From the IMG/VR virus record IMGVR_UViG_3300028781_000008: DNA of 44,256 bases; one strand, written 5' to 3'. A model generated the notes under the pieces. The model did no database searches, was not told the DNA's origin, and saw only the letters and a list, made by a program, of their open reading frames with translations. Numbering within the stretch: position 1 is the stretch's first letter; every line of letters starts with the position of its first letter. The DNA comes from a virus. The position numbers and the translations under genes are program-made. Of the stretch, positions 6,355 to 16,794 are shown in pieces.

Positions 6355-8471
6355 CCGCTAATACTAATATGAGTACACTTCTTTCTAAGAAACAGCAAGA
6401 AGGTTTGATTCAATTTCATAAACAATGTTACCAAATGCTAAATCAGCAATGGAACATCAGGGAGCAATTACGACAAGTTGATCTTGCTTTCATGAGAGAA
6501 ATTGACTATACACAGGAAAATATACGAGCTCGTCTTGCAAATATGTATGGCGATCCTTCGCGCTACCAAAATATAACAATGCCGATTGTAGCTCCCGCAG
6601 TAGAGAATGCTGTTGCTTACCAAGCATCCATCTTTCTAACTGGTGAACCACTTTTTCCAGTAGTGTCGGATCCAGCTAACATGGATGCGGCAATGCAAAT
6701 GGAAACAATTATTGACAATCAAGCAACTCGGGGCAATTGGATTCGTCAACTACTTCTATTCTTTGCGGATGGTTTTAAATACAATCTCTCAGCCATTGAA
6801 GTTAGTTGGCAAGATATTGTAACTCCTGCATTTGAAACGGATATGGGCTATCATGGTGGAAAGCAAGGAAAACCAAAAGAAGTTATATGGTCTGGAAATT
6901 GCGTTGAACGATGGGATCCTTATAATATATTCTTTGATTCCCGCTACACTCCAGCAGAAATTCCGGAACGAGGCGAGTTTGTTGGTACTACTAAGTTGTA
7001 TACTCGTACGGAACTCAAAACATTTATCGCTAAACTCCCTTATAAAATTAATGCAAATATCATTGCCGCATTTGAATCCGGTGGAGGTTTCTCAGCTGGT
7101 GGGTATAGTCCCGGTGGTGTTGAATCATACTTCATTCCGCAGGTTAACCCGTGGGCACTTATCAACAAAAATCCTAGAGCAACTACGGATTGGATGATGT
7201 GGGCAGGAGTAACTGGGGGAGAAAACAAAGTACAATATAAGAATATGTATGAAGTTACAACTCTTTATGCACGCTTGATTCCATCTGATTTCTCACTCTC
7301 AGTACCTGCCCCTAATACTCCTCAAGTCTGGAAACTTATTATTGTAAACCATCAAGTATTAATTTTCGCAGAACGCCAAACCAATGCACATAATCTAATC
7401 CCAGTACTTTTTGGCCAACCGAAAGAAGATGGACTTATGTATCAAACAAAGTCTCTAGCACAGAATGTACGTCCATATCAGGATGTTTCTAGTGCTCTAG
7501 TGAATTCTATGATCCACTCGCGTCGCCGAGCAGTTTCCGACCGCGTACTCTATGATCCTAGCAGAGTCTCTGAGAAACATATTAATTCTGAGAATCCATC
7601 AGCTAAGATTCCAGTGCGTCCTGCAGCTTACGGTAAGCCACTTCAAGAAGCAGTATATGCATTTCCATTCAACGACAATCAGCTCCCAGATATTCTACAG
7701 TCTGTTCAATTCTTTTCTGGTCTCTCTAATCAACTTGTAAATCAAAACTCTGCACGACAAGGTCAATTCACCAAAGGAAATAGATCAGCTCACGAATATG
7801 CAGATATTATGTCGCATGCGCAGGCTCCAGATCAAGTCATTGCGATGCTCTATGAGGCACAAGTATTTTCAAGACTTAAACTAATTCTTAAAACAAATAA
7901 CATGCAGTTTCAAGCTGGCGATCAACTCTATAATCGACAATCGAAATCTATTGTAACTATTGATCCTATTGCACTCCGTAAATCTATTTGTGAATTCAAA
8001 CTAGCTGATGGTCTCAATCCTGCAGATAAGATGGTCGATTCAGATACACTACAAGTATTTATGCAAATGGCTTCAACTCCTGGATCGCCGCTAGCACAAC
8101 AATTTGACATTGGCGCTCTTATGACTTATTTCCTTAAAACTCAAGGAGCTAAAGTTAATGATTTCCGCAAATCACCACAACAGATTGCATATGAAACTGC
8201 GATGTCTAATTGGCAGCAAGCACTGCAAATGGTTATGGAAGGAGTTGGCACAATAATTAAAGCGGCTGCTCCTGAACAGTTCACACAACTAGTTAAAGAA
8301 TTTCAGGCACTTATTCCTCCTATGCCACAAGCATCTCAGTTTGGTATTGGTCAGAACGGGCCTGGTGGAAGTCCTGGGGGCCCATCCTCAGTAACAAGTT
8401 CTGATCAACAACAATCTCAACAGAGTCCGCTAGGTCAACAAATGGCAGGTGCTGTTTCAGGAGGTCAGTGA
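6351..8471 (+). CDS. Portal protein (706 aa)
   Basis: Large ORF immediately after terL with SD GGAAG. Size is typical of podovirus portals and it has a Gln/Gly-rich C-terminal tail. Assignment is by size and synteny. Confidence 0.75.
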   Translation: MTANTNMSTLLSKKQQEGLIQFHKQCYQMLNQQWNIREQLRQVDLAFMREIDYTQENIRARLANMYGDPSRYQNITMPIVAPAVENAVAYQASIFLTGEPLFPVVSDPANMDAAMQMETIIDNQATRGNWIRQLLLFFADGFKYNLSAIEVSWQDIVTPAFETDMGYHGGKQGKPKEVIWSGNCVERWDPYNIFFDSRYTPAEIPERGEFVGTTKLYTRTELKTFIAKLPYKINANIIAAFESGGGFSAGGYSPGGVESYFIPQVNPWALINKNPRATTDWMMWAGVTGGENKVQYKNMYEVTTLYARLIPSDFSLSVPAPNTPQVWKLIIVNHQVLIFAERQTNAHNLIPVLFGQPKEDGLMYQTKSLAQNVRPYQDVSSALVNSMIHSRRRAVSDRVLYDPSRVSEKHINSENPSAKIPVRPAAYGKPLQEAVYAFPFNDNQLPDILQSVQFFSGLSNQLVNQNSARQGQFTKGNRSAHEYADIMSHAQAPDQVIAMLYEAQVFSRLKLILKTNNMQFQAGDQLYNRQSKSIVTIDPIALRKSICEFKLADGLNPADKMVDSDTLQVFMQMASTPGSPLAQQFDIGALMTYFLKTQGAKVNDFRKSPQQIAYETAMSNWQQALQMVMEGVGTIIKAAAPEQFTQLVKEFQALIPPMPQASQFGIGQNGPGGSPGGPSSVTSSDQQQSQQSPLGQQMAGAVSGGQ

Positions 8472-8563
8472 TGTTTGAAACTATAGATAATCCACTATAT
8501 GAAGAATTAGATAAAGCAATGCAGGATATATCAGAAGACTATAAACAAACAGGAGAATCCTGA
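8471..8563 (+). CDS. Tiny acidic ORF (30 aa), translationally coupled on both sides
   Basis: Hand-translated product MFETIDNPLYEELDKAMQDISEDYKQTGES. TGATG overlaps occur at both ends (8469-8473 and 8561-8565). Confidence 0.25.
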   Translation: MFETIDNPLYEELDKAMQDISEDYKQTGES

Positions 8564-8934
8564 TGCCAACCCCAGCCCCATCTAGATTTCAATCTTGGGA
8601 GTTCACTGAACAAGAGAATCGTTCAGCCTCTACTCTTAATGATTTCCAAAAGAAAAAGATACAAACTTTACAGTGTGGTATTGCTGAACAACTTCTCAAT
8701 GTAGAAGCAGCTACTCCAGGAGATATTCAGGAAGCAGAGATTCAACGTGCATTTCTTAAAGGTCAACTACAGATTCTTTCTTTCCTTCTAGAAATGTCAG
8801 CATCTATGGAGTTGCAAATCAATACAGATGAGTATGAAAGGCATCAAACTGCAGTTGCAGTACAACAACCAGAAGGTCCCAATCTTTTTCAAGAATTTCG
8901 TAAATCAGAATCTTCTTCTAAATCACAGGAGTAA
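8563..8934 (+). CDS. Hypothetical head-module protein (123 aa)
   Basis: ORF between the portal and the scaffold-like gene, helical and acidic. Confidence 0.6.
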   Translation: MPTPAPSRFQSWEFTEQENRSASTLNDFQKKKIQTLQCGIAEQLLNVEAATPGDIQEAEIQRAFLKGQLQILSFLLEMSASMELQINTDEYERHQTAVAVQQPEGPNLFQEFRKSESSSKSQE

Positions 8935-8939
8935 TTATC

Positions 8940-9782
8940 ATGGCTGGTGGACTTATTGATCGTATGTTTGGTTCTGGTGCTCGTCATTCCTCACTTCCTG
9001 GAACTGCACCCGTTGTACCTGCACAACAGCAGCAACCTGGCCAGATTCCACAAGGAACTGGAACTCCCGCAGCGGGAACTACTGCAACTGGCGCAAATGG
9101 TACTAATCCTACTAACGGGACAGGAGCTACTGCGGCCGGGGCTGATGCAACTAAATCCCCATTCGCAGAGTTTGAATCATTGTGGCAACCTGCACTTGGT
9201 CCTGATGGCAAACCACTACAAGTTACTACTGATCCGCTTTATACAGTAGATGGAACTAAAGTATTGGAAGCTGCCCGGAGAACTGATTTTAAGTCCTCTA
9301 TTACTCAGGAACAAATGCAAGCAATTGCTAAAGGTGGACCTGAAGCAGTTCAAGCAATGCTGTCTGCAATGGAAAATATGTCACAATTAGCTTACGCTAA
9401 TGCGGCAGTTGCAGCTACTAGGATTGCCGAACAAGGTATCACTAAAGCACTCTCCCAAGCCGAAGGCCGGCTACCAGGTCTGATTCGCAATCAACAACTT
9501 AGCGAATCTCTGACTGCAAAAAATCCCGCTCTGTCAAATCCTGCTGTTGCTCCTTTGGTTGAAATGGTTAAATCCCAGTTCATCCAAAAGAATCCTACTG
9601 CTACTACAGCAGAGATTCAAGCTTCTGTAGATAGTTATTTTCTAAAAGTTGGATCTGCATTTAATCCAACATTGGTAAATAAGGAAGCTGCAGAACTTGC
9701 AACCCAGGCAGCAAAAGATAATGAATGGGATAAGTTCTTTGGATCTGAGCAGGATACCGGCGGTCCTAATTTCAATTTCTAG
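8940..9782 (+). CDS. Putative scaffolding protein (280 aa)
   Basis: SD AGGAG. Low-complexity Pro/Gln/Thr/Gly N-terminus followed by an Ala/Gln-rich helical body. It lies between the portal and capsid genes. Confidence 0.55.
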   Translation: MAGGLIDRMFGSGARHSSLPGTAPVVPAQQQQPGQIPQGTGTPAAGTTATGANGTNPTNGTGATAAGADATKSPFAEFESLWQPALGPDGKPLQVTTDPLYTVDGTKVLEAARRTDFKSSITQEQMQAIAKGGPEAVQAMLSAMENMSQLAYANAAVAATRIAEQGITKALSQAEGRLPGLIRNQQLSESLTAKNPALSNPAVAPLVEMVKSQFIQKNPTATTAEIQASVDSYFLKVGSAFNPTLVNKEAAELATQAAKDNEWDKFFGSEQDTGGPNFNF

Positions 9783-9815
9783 TAGTTATTTGAATTAACT
9801 GAATGGAGAAATATC

Positions 9816-10322
9816 ATGGGTTACGGTGTTGGTATTCAATCTGGTATGGTTCGTCCAGTAGTTAAGAATGCCGATGGTTCAATGGGCTCTGCGCCAGCTG
9901 GTTATGGCAACACTGATAACCCAGGGGTACTTTCAGGGGTACTTTCAACTGTCGGTGCTGGTACTCTTCTTAATGCACTGCTTGATGGACAGTTTATTTA
10001 TCGCACAGGTTCAACAGCTGCATTTACAGATACAATTGACACTGCTACCAATTTGGACAACGGTATTGGTGGTGGTATGAATCCTGGCGATAATATGGTT
10101 ATTTGGTATTCTAACCAAGTAGCCTTTGCAGCAACTATTGCAGGAGCCGCCGGGGTAACTTTGAAGTCTACCAAGACTTCTATCGCAGCTTCTGCACTTG
10201 GGATGTTGGTATTGCAAAAGGTAACTTCTGCAGTTCCCAATCTTCCAATCGGTGTTAACTCGCAAGGTCAGCAAGTACCGACTTATGCAAGTCAGGGCAC
10301 TTATAATTTGTACGTAATGTAA
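9816..10322 (+). CDS. Gly/Ala/Thr-rich virion-module protein (168 aa), function unknown
   Basis: SD GGAGAA. It sits immediately upstream of the capsid gene. Confidence 0.6.
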   Translation: MGYGVGIQSGMVRPVVKNADGSMGSAPAGYGNTDNPGVLSGVLSTVGAGTLLNALLDGQFIYRTGSTAAFTDTIDTATNLDNGIGGGMNPGDNMVIWYSNQVAFAATIAGAAGVTLKSTKTSIAASALGMLVLQKVTSAVPNLPIGVNSQGQQVPTYASQGTYNLYVM

Positions 10323-10369
10323 TTGGTCTAGCTTAGTCTAATTACCCACTCAAATCTACGGAGAATATC

Positions 10370-11593
10370 ATGAGCGTTGGTATTTTTTCTACTGGCCAAC
10401 TTACACAAGATCTGGCTCGTAAATCATTTGCAGGTATGATTACTCGTCTGATGCCAAATGGTAATGCACCATTGTTTGGTATGACAAGTATGTTGGAAAC
10501 TGAAACTGCAGTTCAGATTGAACATGGCTTCTTCACTAAGACCATGCTCTTTCCGCAATTGCAACTTTCGGCAGCTGGTCAGCTAGCAGCAGATACCACA
10601 TTCACTGTAGTTTCAACTGTAAATGTGCTACCTGGCATGATTATGACTGTGCCCACTACTGGTGAAAACGTTATTATTAATAATGTGATTTCGCCTACTA
10701 CAGTTTCTGTAGCTCGCGGAGTTGGTACTGTTGCTGCAGCTAATATTGGTGCAAATGCATTCATGTACCAAGTAGGTAATGCGTACGAAGAATCTTCGCT
10801 TCGTCCGAATAGCCTGATTATCAATCCGGTACGTATCACAAATCTTACGCAAATCTTTCGTAATACTTGGGCGATTTCCGAAACGATTCGTGCAACGGAA
10901 ATGATTGCAGGTGAAACTAATATTGCTGAATCACGAATTGATTGTGCTGCATTCCATTCGAAAGATATTGAGACTGGTCTCTTCTTTGGTCAAAAGTCTC
11001 AAGGAACTCGTAATGGACAGCCATTCCGTACGATGGATGGTCTTATCAATATTGTAGGTAATATTGCTTACTACCCATCCTACTACTCCGCACCTAACGT
11101 GTATACTGCAGCTGCTACTACCAACTACACTCAATTCGAAGCAATGTTTGATCCGCTGTTCAATCAAGCAACTGATCCTAAAGTTGCTAATGAGCGCGTA
11201 CTGTTTTGCGGAGGTGTTGCTAAGAAGATTATTAACAACATTGGCCGTTTGAATGGTACGTACTACATGGTTGATGGTCAAACTAGTTGGGGGCTGCAAT
11301 TCTCCACTATTAAGATTGCTCGTGGTACTTTCCGACTGATTGAACATCCACTATTCAATTCCAATAGTACTTGGGGTGCAATGGCAATTGGTGTAGATCT
11401 TTCTACTTTCCGTGTAGCTTATCTTGGGGATCGTAAGACTCAGAATCGTGAATTTAACTCTTCTGGGGATGTCGCACAAGATAATGGTATTGACGCAGTT
11501 GGTGGTACTCTTACTACGGAAATGACTTGTGTAGTTAAGAATCCTCCTGCAAATGGTGTAGTTTATGGATTCACTGCAGCTGCAAATGGTTGA
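10370..11593 (+). CDS. Major capsid protein (407 aa)
   Basis: SD GGAGAA. Size and position follow the scaffold gene, and a hairpin terminator follows it as is usual for highly expressed capsid genes. Assignment is by synteny and size. Confidence 0.75.
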   Translation: MSVGIFSTGQLTQDLARKSFAGMITRLMPNGNAPLFGMTSMLETETAVQIEHGFFTKTMLFPQLQLSAAGQLAADTTFTVVSTVNVLPGMIMTVPTTGENVIINNVISPTTVSVARGVGTVAAANIGANAFMYQVGNAYEESSLRPNSLIINPVRITNLTQIFRNTWAISETIRATEMIAGETNIAESRIDCAAFHSKDIETGLFFGQKSQGTRNGQPFRTMDGLINIVGNIAYYPSYYSAPNVYTAAATTNYTQFEAMFDPLFNQATDPKVANERVLFCGGVAKKIINNIGRLNGTYYMVDGQTSWGLQFSTIKIARGTFRLIEHPLFNSNSTWGAMAIGVDLSTFRVAYLGDRKTQNREFNSSGDVAQDNGIDAVGGTLTTEMTCVVKNPPANGVVYGFTAAANG

Positions 11594-11635
11594 TTGTACC
11601 AATCACTAAAACTGATTCATGGGGCCGTTGGTATT

Positions 11636-11667
11636 TGGCGGCTGTTTGTAGGCCGCCACTTTTTATT
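11636..11667 (+). terminator. Rho-independent terminator after the capsid gene
   Basis: TGGCGGC (11636-11642) pairs with GCCGCCA (11652-11658) around a 9-nt loop, followed by CTTTTTATT. Confidence 0.6.
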
Positions 11668-11706
11668 CTCGCCTTCTGTCCCATCTTCTAACTAATGGAG
11701 CCTACC

Positions 11707-12162
11707 ATGTCAGATATGCTTAAGATTTATAAATCACGTCTTGCTCGTATTCAGTATTGTTTTCGTGATGGTACTACTGCAGTTTTCGCTCCACGTACTC
11801 ATACAGGTGTGGGTAACTATCTCACAAAAGATCCTGATCGCATTAAAGAATTGGATGAAGTTTGTAAAAATCATCCACATCTGTATGTAGACAAAGAAGA
11901 TATGGAAGTTGAAGAACATTTGGCAGATCCTGCAGTTGCATATCGTGAACAAATTTATGCACAGGCTCGTCAAGATGTAATTGCTGAACTCGGAGATCCT
12001 AACCAAATGCAAGGAGTGTCTAAGTTGGATCTCCTGAAAGCTGGTGGGTTAAACGCAGCTAAACAAGTTGATGCAGGTACAACTGAGAATAAACCTGCTC
12101 TTGGCGGAATTTCCAATTCTACCACTGCAGCAGCAACGTCCGCTGAAAGTAATACAAAATAA
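11707..12162 (+). CDS. Hypothetical virion-module protein (151 aa)
   Basis: The ATG at 11707 follows GGAG (the track start at 11695 lies inside that SD). Confidence 0.6.
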   Translation: MSDMLKIYKSRLARIQYCFRDGTTAVFAPRTHTGVGNYLTKDPDRIKELDEVCKNHPHLYVDKEDMEVEEHLADPAVAYREQIYAQARQDVIAELGDPNQMQGVSKLDLLKAGGLNAAKQVDAGTTENKPALGGISNSTTAAATSAESNTK

Positions 12163-12200
12163 TTAGTCTTACATAAAAGTAAATCTAACAGGAGCGGCAG

Positions 12201-12872
12201 ATGGCATTCTCAGATATTGTAAACCAAGTTTATATCTACACTAATCGTCCAGATCGTGTAAATGAGACTGCTGCTGCCGTAACTGCTGCTACTTTGTGGG
12301 CCCACCACTCAGATTTCTATTACAAAGATCTAGTAGAAATTCCTTGTGTATTTGAAGCGCTTGCATATCTTCAACAAGTTCCACTTTCTTTTTTCAATCA
12401 ATTTAGAGCACTCAAATATATTCGTAAATACTATCCAGGAACTGGTCCAAATAATCCTCCTTCACAAGATCAATCTCCTAATAACCTTCCACCTCTTTAT
12501 GGAATGTATTATGATCCTGGGGCAAATCTACCAGATGGCCGCTTCTTTAAAATTATAACTCCTGACAATGTATTAGATTCTTATAGAATTAATAAGATAG
12601 ATGTAGCTTATGTAGCAGGTCAAACAATTCAATTACGCTCTGGAGATTATTTCCAGTATGCACTTTGTGGATATTACTCTCACCCGATCGCTACTCAGAA
12701 TGGATATACTTCTTGGGTAGCAAATGAATACCCAGATCTAATTGCATTTCGTGCTTCTGAGATTGTTCTTAAAGCAATTGGATTTGACGAGTCAGCTCAA
12801 TTCTATGCTCAAATGGCAGCAGAATTACTTGCTCAGATGCAGTTCTCTAATATTGTAGCTGAAGGAGAATAA
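12201..12872 (+). CDS. Virion protein, possible head-tail adaptor or tail tubular protein A analogue (223 aa)
   Basis: SD AGGAG. Position after the capsid gene matches T7-like gene order. No motif-level support. Confidence 0.55.
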   Translation: MAFSDIVNQVYIYTNRPDRVNETAAAVTAATLWAHHSDFYYKDLVEIPCVFEALAYLQQVPLSFFNQFRALKYIRKYYPGTGPNNPPSQDQSPNNLPPLYGMYYDPGANLPDGRFFKIITPDNVLDSYRINKIDVAYVAGQTIQLRSGDYFQYALCGYYSHPIATQNGYTSWVANEYPDLIAFRASEIVLKAIGFDESAQFYAQMAAELLAQMQFSNIVAEGE

Positions 12873-12874
12873 TA

Positions 12875-13087
12875 ATGTCTTCCGTATGGGAACCAGTTCC
12901 TCCAGTTGCAGGATCAGTACCAGTTCCTAGATATGGTTCTACAGCTGCTAGGCCTATTCTAGTACCATATCTCTATTTTGAATATTTTGATACAACTTTA
13001 GGATTTCCTATTTACGCAACTACTTTAATCCCGGTATCACCGGCTCTTGTTATTGTATGGGTTGATGCAGCAGGTGCTATATGCTAA
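12875..13087 (+). CDS. Small hypothetical virion-module protein (70 aa)
   Basis: SD AAGGAGA. Tightly packed between neighbours. Confidence 0.45.
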   Translation: MSSVWEPVPPVAGSVPVPRYGSTAARPILVPYLYFEYFDTTLGFPIYATTLIPVSPALVIVWVDAAGAIC

Positions 13088-14592
13088 AACAAATTATTTC
13101 TAAATTATTTCTGAGTGTATTTCTGATTTCGCAACTTGCGATTGCTCAGACATTTCCAGTACAAAATATTAATGTACAAGGTCAGATTCAACTGAATGGA
13201 GCACCTGGAGCTGCAGGTACTTATTTGCAGTCACAAGGTGCGGGACAGCCAAATATATGGGTACCCGTAGCAGCTAGTGGTTTACCTGTTTATGATGTAT
13301 TTGGTGCTTACGGTGGAAATATTGCGAACGCAGTTGCTGCTGCTAACACAACGGGTGGTATCCTTTATTTTGCAGCAAATAAGACTTTCACCACGTCAAT
13401 TCAAAATAATTTAAATGCTAATGTTTCAGTAGTATGTGCGCCAGGTTCTGTAATTGAGACTACTTCTGCAACTGCAGGAATTTTTGTGCAGAATGGAGAT
13501 AATACAGTTAATACTGGATGTAATTATACTGCTACAATTCAACAGACTGCAGGAGATTTTGTAAAACTTACAGGATATGAAACTGTAATTCGTGATTTTC
13601 AAATGACAAGTCCGTATAATGGAGTAGAAATTGATGGAACTACTCAAGTTATAGATCACGGATTTATTAATTCATCTGTAAATAATAGTATGCTCTGCAC
13701 TCTTGCAGGGGATGCTCATATTTATGGAGTCACTTCTAATAATGGGTTCAATTTCAATGGCTATATTTCTGGTACTACCCTTACAGTTACAACTGCCGCG
13801 CCCCTTAATTCATTGGGTACGGGGCAAACTATAAGTGCGACTGGTGTAACAGGCGGAACTAGAATTACCGCATTAGGTACAGGTACTGGTGGAGTGGGTA
13901 CATATACAGTTAATAATTCACAAACAGTAGGATCTAGTGGGTCTCCTGTACAAATTAATTCTTTTGGTACTGGTACGGGCATTGAAGTAACTGGTGCCGG
14001 CGGTGGTGCTGGATGTGCATTAACTGCAGAAGGTAATGGTATTCTTGAAGGACAGTATTCTATTGTAATGGCACCTCCAAGTGGTGCTAGTGTATTTCTA
14101 CTCGCATCTGATAATTATCTAGATAATGCAGCTATTTCTTCTGTATTGGTTGCTCCTCTGTCAGGTGGAACTGTAGGCTACTTAAAAATCGCAAATGGTG
14201 AAATTGGAGTTAATTCTACTAGTCAGCCAGCAGTAAATATAGATGCTCCTGCTGGGTCTGGAATAGGTACCCTTGTAATTTCAGGCAACTCTATATACTC
14301 ATATCAAACAAATTCTCAAGCTGGGATTCTATTTCAGCCTACTATAGCCCCAGCATCTGCTATGATTACTGGGAATGATATTGGGATATTTGGTCAAGGA
14401 TTTGCAGCTGGTATTTCTCTTAATTATTCTTCTGGATCTTCCAATGTGATAGCTACAGGTAATTCATTGAAAGGGTCTACGGCAGCTTTTTTCTTTAGTA
14501 ATACTTCAGATACTTCTTGTCTTTTTGCTCAGAATAAACTTAATGGCTCTTCACATACTGGTACTGGGTGTAATCAAAATAACAACTATTAA
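13081..14592 (+). CDS. Tailspike or tail fibre with right-handed beta-helix (pectate-lyase-like) body and a signal-peptide-like N-terminus (503 aa)
   Basis: N-terminus [22 protein letters not shown]|QT. It then has a fibre-type motif [25 protein letters not shown]. The segment [33 protein letters not shown] resembles the start of pectate_lyase_3-type tailspikes. Repetitive Gly/Thr/Asn/Ser beta-strand-like segments follow. Confidence 0.65.
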   Translation: MLKQIISKLFLSVFLISQLAIAQTFPVQNINVQGQIQLNGAPGAAGTYLQSQGAGQPNIWVPVAASGLPVYDVFGAYGGNIANAVAAANTTGGILYFAANKTFTTSIQNNLNANVSVVCAPGSVIETTSATAGIFVQNGDNTVNTGCNYTATIQQTAGDFVKLTGYETVIRDFQMTSPYNGVEIDGTTQVIDHGFINSSVNNSMLCTLAGDAHIYGVTSNNGFNFNGYISGTTLTVTTAAPLNSLGTGQTISATGVTGGTRITALGTGTGGVGTYTVNNSQTVGSSGSPVQINSFGTGTGIEVTGAGGGAGCALTAEGNGILEGQYSIVMAPPSGASVFLLASDNYLDNAAISSVLVAPLSGGTVGYLKIANGEIGVNSTSQPAVNIDAPAGSGIGTLVISGNSIYSYQTNSQAGILFQPTIAPASAMITGNDIGIFGQGFAAGISLNYSSGSSNVIATGNSLKGSTAAFFFSNTSDTSCLFAQNKLNGSSHTGTGCNQNNNY

Positions 14593-14608
14593 TTACTGAG
14601 AATTTATC

Positions 14609-16192
14609 ATGTCACAAGTCAGATATAGAGCTAACCTGAGTGCTAAAGATTTTGTATTTGCAGCTCAGAATTGGGGACGGTCTGTTATACTTAAACAATA
14701 TGACCAGAATTTTTCACGTCAAATTGTATCTCCAACAGATCCTGATAAAGATATTGGTATTCCCCAAATTTTCTATTGCCACAATGTAATGCCAGCTGCT
14801 CAAGGATTTCAATCAGTTGGGTATTTAAATCAGATAGAAAATACAAACATTCCTGGGACTGCATTCCCTTATCAAATTATTGATGTTCCTTCGATGTCGG
14901 GAGTTGCAGGAAAACTATTATTCTCTCTTGTTGACGATACTCCAGGACAAACAGTTTATAATATGTACAGCTGGGCAGAAGGTGATGCTGCTTGGATCTA
15001 TCAAACTAACGTGACTCTATCTTCTGCCCAATATAATAGACTTCTTATAACCTCAGCATTCGTAAATGGTTTACTCTATGTATATATTCCATTGACAGGT
15101 TGTTGGTCATGGAATGGCAGTGCTTGGACTCCAGTAACACTAACAGGTCTAAATGAATCAATTGTAGTTGGTATTATTGAATCCTTCGGATATATGATTG
15201 CTTGGACACAGACTACAGTTGCTTGGTCTTCTACACTTACTCCTACTGACTTCACTCCAAGTCTTGAAACTGGTGCCGGCGGTGGTGGAGTAGAAGGTGC
15301 TCAAGGTGACCTCTACATTCTTTATCCTCATATTTTTGGATTCATAGTATTTACAGATAAGAATTGCGTATCAGCAGTTTATTCTGGCAATGTTCGTTAT
15401 CCATTCAATTTTCGCAAGATCATTGGGGGTGGAGGTATTTCACAAAGCTCAGTTAATATGGGCGCCATTGATCCAGAATCTGGTAATCTATATGCGTACA
15501 CAACTGCAGGCCTTCAACTTATCTCGGTAACTCAAGCACAAGTTGTATTTCCTGAACTTGCAAACTACATTGGAGGATCGCGTTTTGAAGACTTCAATGA
15601 TACTACTCTTGCATTCACTGAAACTGATGGAACTGCTGGCTTCATAGATCACTGTGTTCACGTAGTATCTAATAGATACCTTGTAATTTCTTACGGTATT
15701 CTTACTCTTAATCCTCTCACTTATACCCATGCTCTGATCTATGATACTGCAATGAAACGTTGGGGTAAATTAAAATTTACCCACATGACTGCAGTGGAAA
15801 ATCCAGCTAATGCCTCTGGAGAATTTACAACTAGATCCAATTTCTGTCTTCTGGATCCTACTGGTACACTCTGGCAAGTAGATTTCGGATTCATGGCTAC
15901 TTCTGGGGGAACTATGATTCTAGGAAAATATCAACATTCTAGAGATCGTATGATTACATTGGATCAAGTAGATGTTGATTTTGTAGAGAATACTGCAAAT
16001 TTAAATGTGTATGATATGGTTACATATGACGGTAAAACATTTCAGACACCTGTATTGATTCTACCGATTACAGCTAACAATGCTCCCCAGTATCCTACCC
16101 GTCTGACTGGAATGAATCATTCTCTCATTTTTCAAGGAATTTTCACACTAGATTCTTTGATGCTTACCTACCATATTAACGGACGGAGATAG
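14609..16192 (+). CDS. Tail structural protein, possible nozzle or tail tubular protein B analogue (527 aa)
   Basis: Large ORF in the tail module. Assignment is by synteny only. Confidence 0.55.
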   Translation: MSQVRYRANLSAKDFVFAAQNWGRSVILKQYDQNFSRQIVSPTDPDKDIGIPQIFYCHNVMPAAQGFQSVGYLNQIENTNIPGTAFPYQIIDVPSMSGVAGKLLFSLVDDTPGQTVYNMYSWAEGDAAWIYQTNVTLSSAQYNRLLITSAFVNGLLYVYIPLTGCWSWNGSAWTPVTLTGLNESIVVGIIESFGYMIAWTQTTVAWSSTLTPTDFTPSLETGAGGGGVEGAQGDLYILYPHIFGFIVFTDKNCVSAVYSGNVRYPFNFRKIIGGGGISQSSVNMGAIDPESGNLYAYTTAGLQLISVTQAQVVFPELANYIGGSRFEDFNDTTLAFTETDGTAGFIDHCVHVVSNRYLVISYGILTLNPLTYTHALIYDTAMKRWGKLKFTHMTAVENPANASGEFTTRSNFCLLDPTGTLWQVDFGFMATSGGTMILGKYQHSRDRMITLDQVDVDFVENTANLNVYDMVTYDGKTFQTPVLILPITANNAPQYPTRLTGMNHSLIFQGIFTLDSLMLTYHINGRR

Positions 16193-16194
16193 AA

Positions 16195-16788
16195 GTGAGT
16201 ACACCTTCAACTTCCGGCTACTCATCATCAATAGATACTGGACTCCAACCGATTCCAGATCTAACAAATATTTCATCGCCAGATAAATTAGCATTTCAAT
16301 TCATTCAACTTTATAATGCAGTTGGTATTCTAGCTCAAGCAATTGACGATTACACCGGTAATACCCCACAATCAAATTCTAATCCAAACGCGCCCCCAGA
16401 AAGTACAGTGTTGGTAGGCAATACTGCTAACATGTGGTGCGTAGCCAATGCTGCTATCAATGCAGGTTTTCTAGTAACTCTTATCAATTCATCAGGAGTT
16501 ACTAAAGCCGAACTTGCAAGTGCTGGATCAAAGACTACTCCGGCAATGGGTATGTCAATGAATTCAGTTGCAGCTGGGGCTCAATTACAGGTTCTCTTAC
16601 TTGGTCTATTTAATTTTGGCGGCTCTGTAACTCCTGGTCAAATGTACTATCTTTCTAATTCAGTGCCTGGGGGACTTTCTACCTCTACAACTGGATACGT
16701 AACTGGAAATATAGTTCAAGCAGTTGGATTTGGTGTGGATACTGAATCTATCTTTTTCAATCCTACTCTTACATTCCAACAACTCTAG
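16195..16788 (+). CDS. Tail fibre-like protein (197 aa)
   Basis: GTG start with GGAGA upstream. Ser/Thr/Gly/Asn-rich. In the tail module. Confidence 0.5.
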   Translation: MSTPSTSGYSSSIDTGLQPIPDLTNISSPDKLAFQFIQLYNAVGILAQAIDDYTGNTPQSNSNPNAPPESTVLVGNTANMWCVANAAINAGFLVTLINSSGVTKAELASAGSKTTPAMGMSMNSVAAGAQLQVLLLGLFNFGGSVTPGQMYYLSNSVPGGLSTSTTGYVTGNIVQAVGFGVDTESIFFNPTLTFQQL

Positions 16789-16794
16789 TCAATC

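Noticed and set aside
11570-11700. Possible T7 gene-10B-like -1 frameshift extension of the capsid protein (the -1 frame stays open about 35 codons past the stop)
   Set aside because: I see no slippery heptamer near the stop. The open frame runs straight through the terminator hairpin, and the extension is short and low in information.
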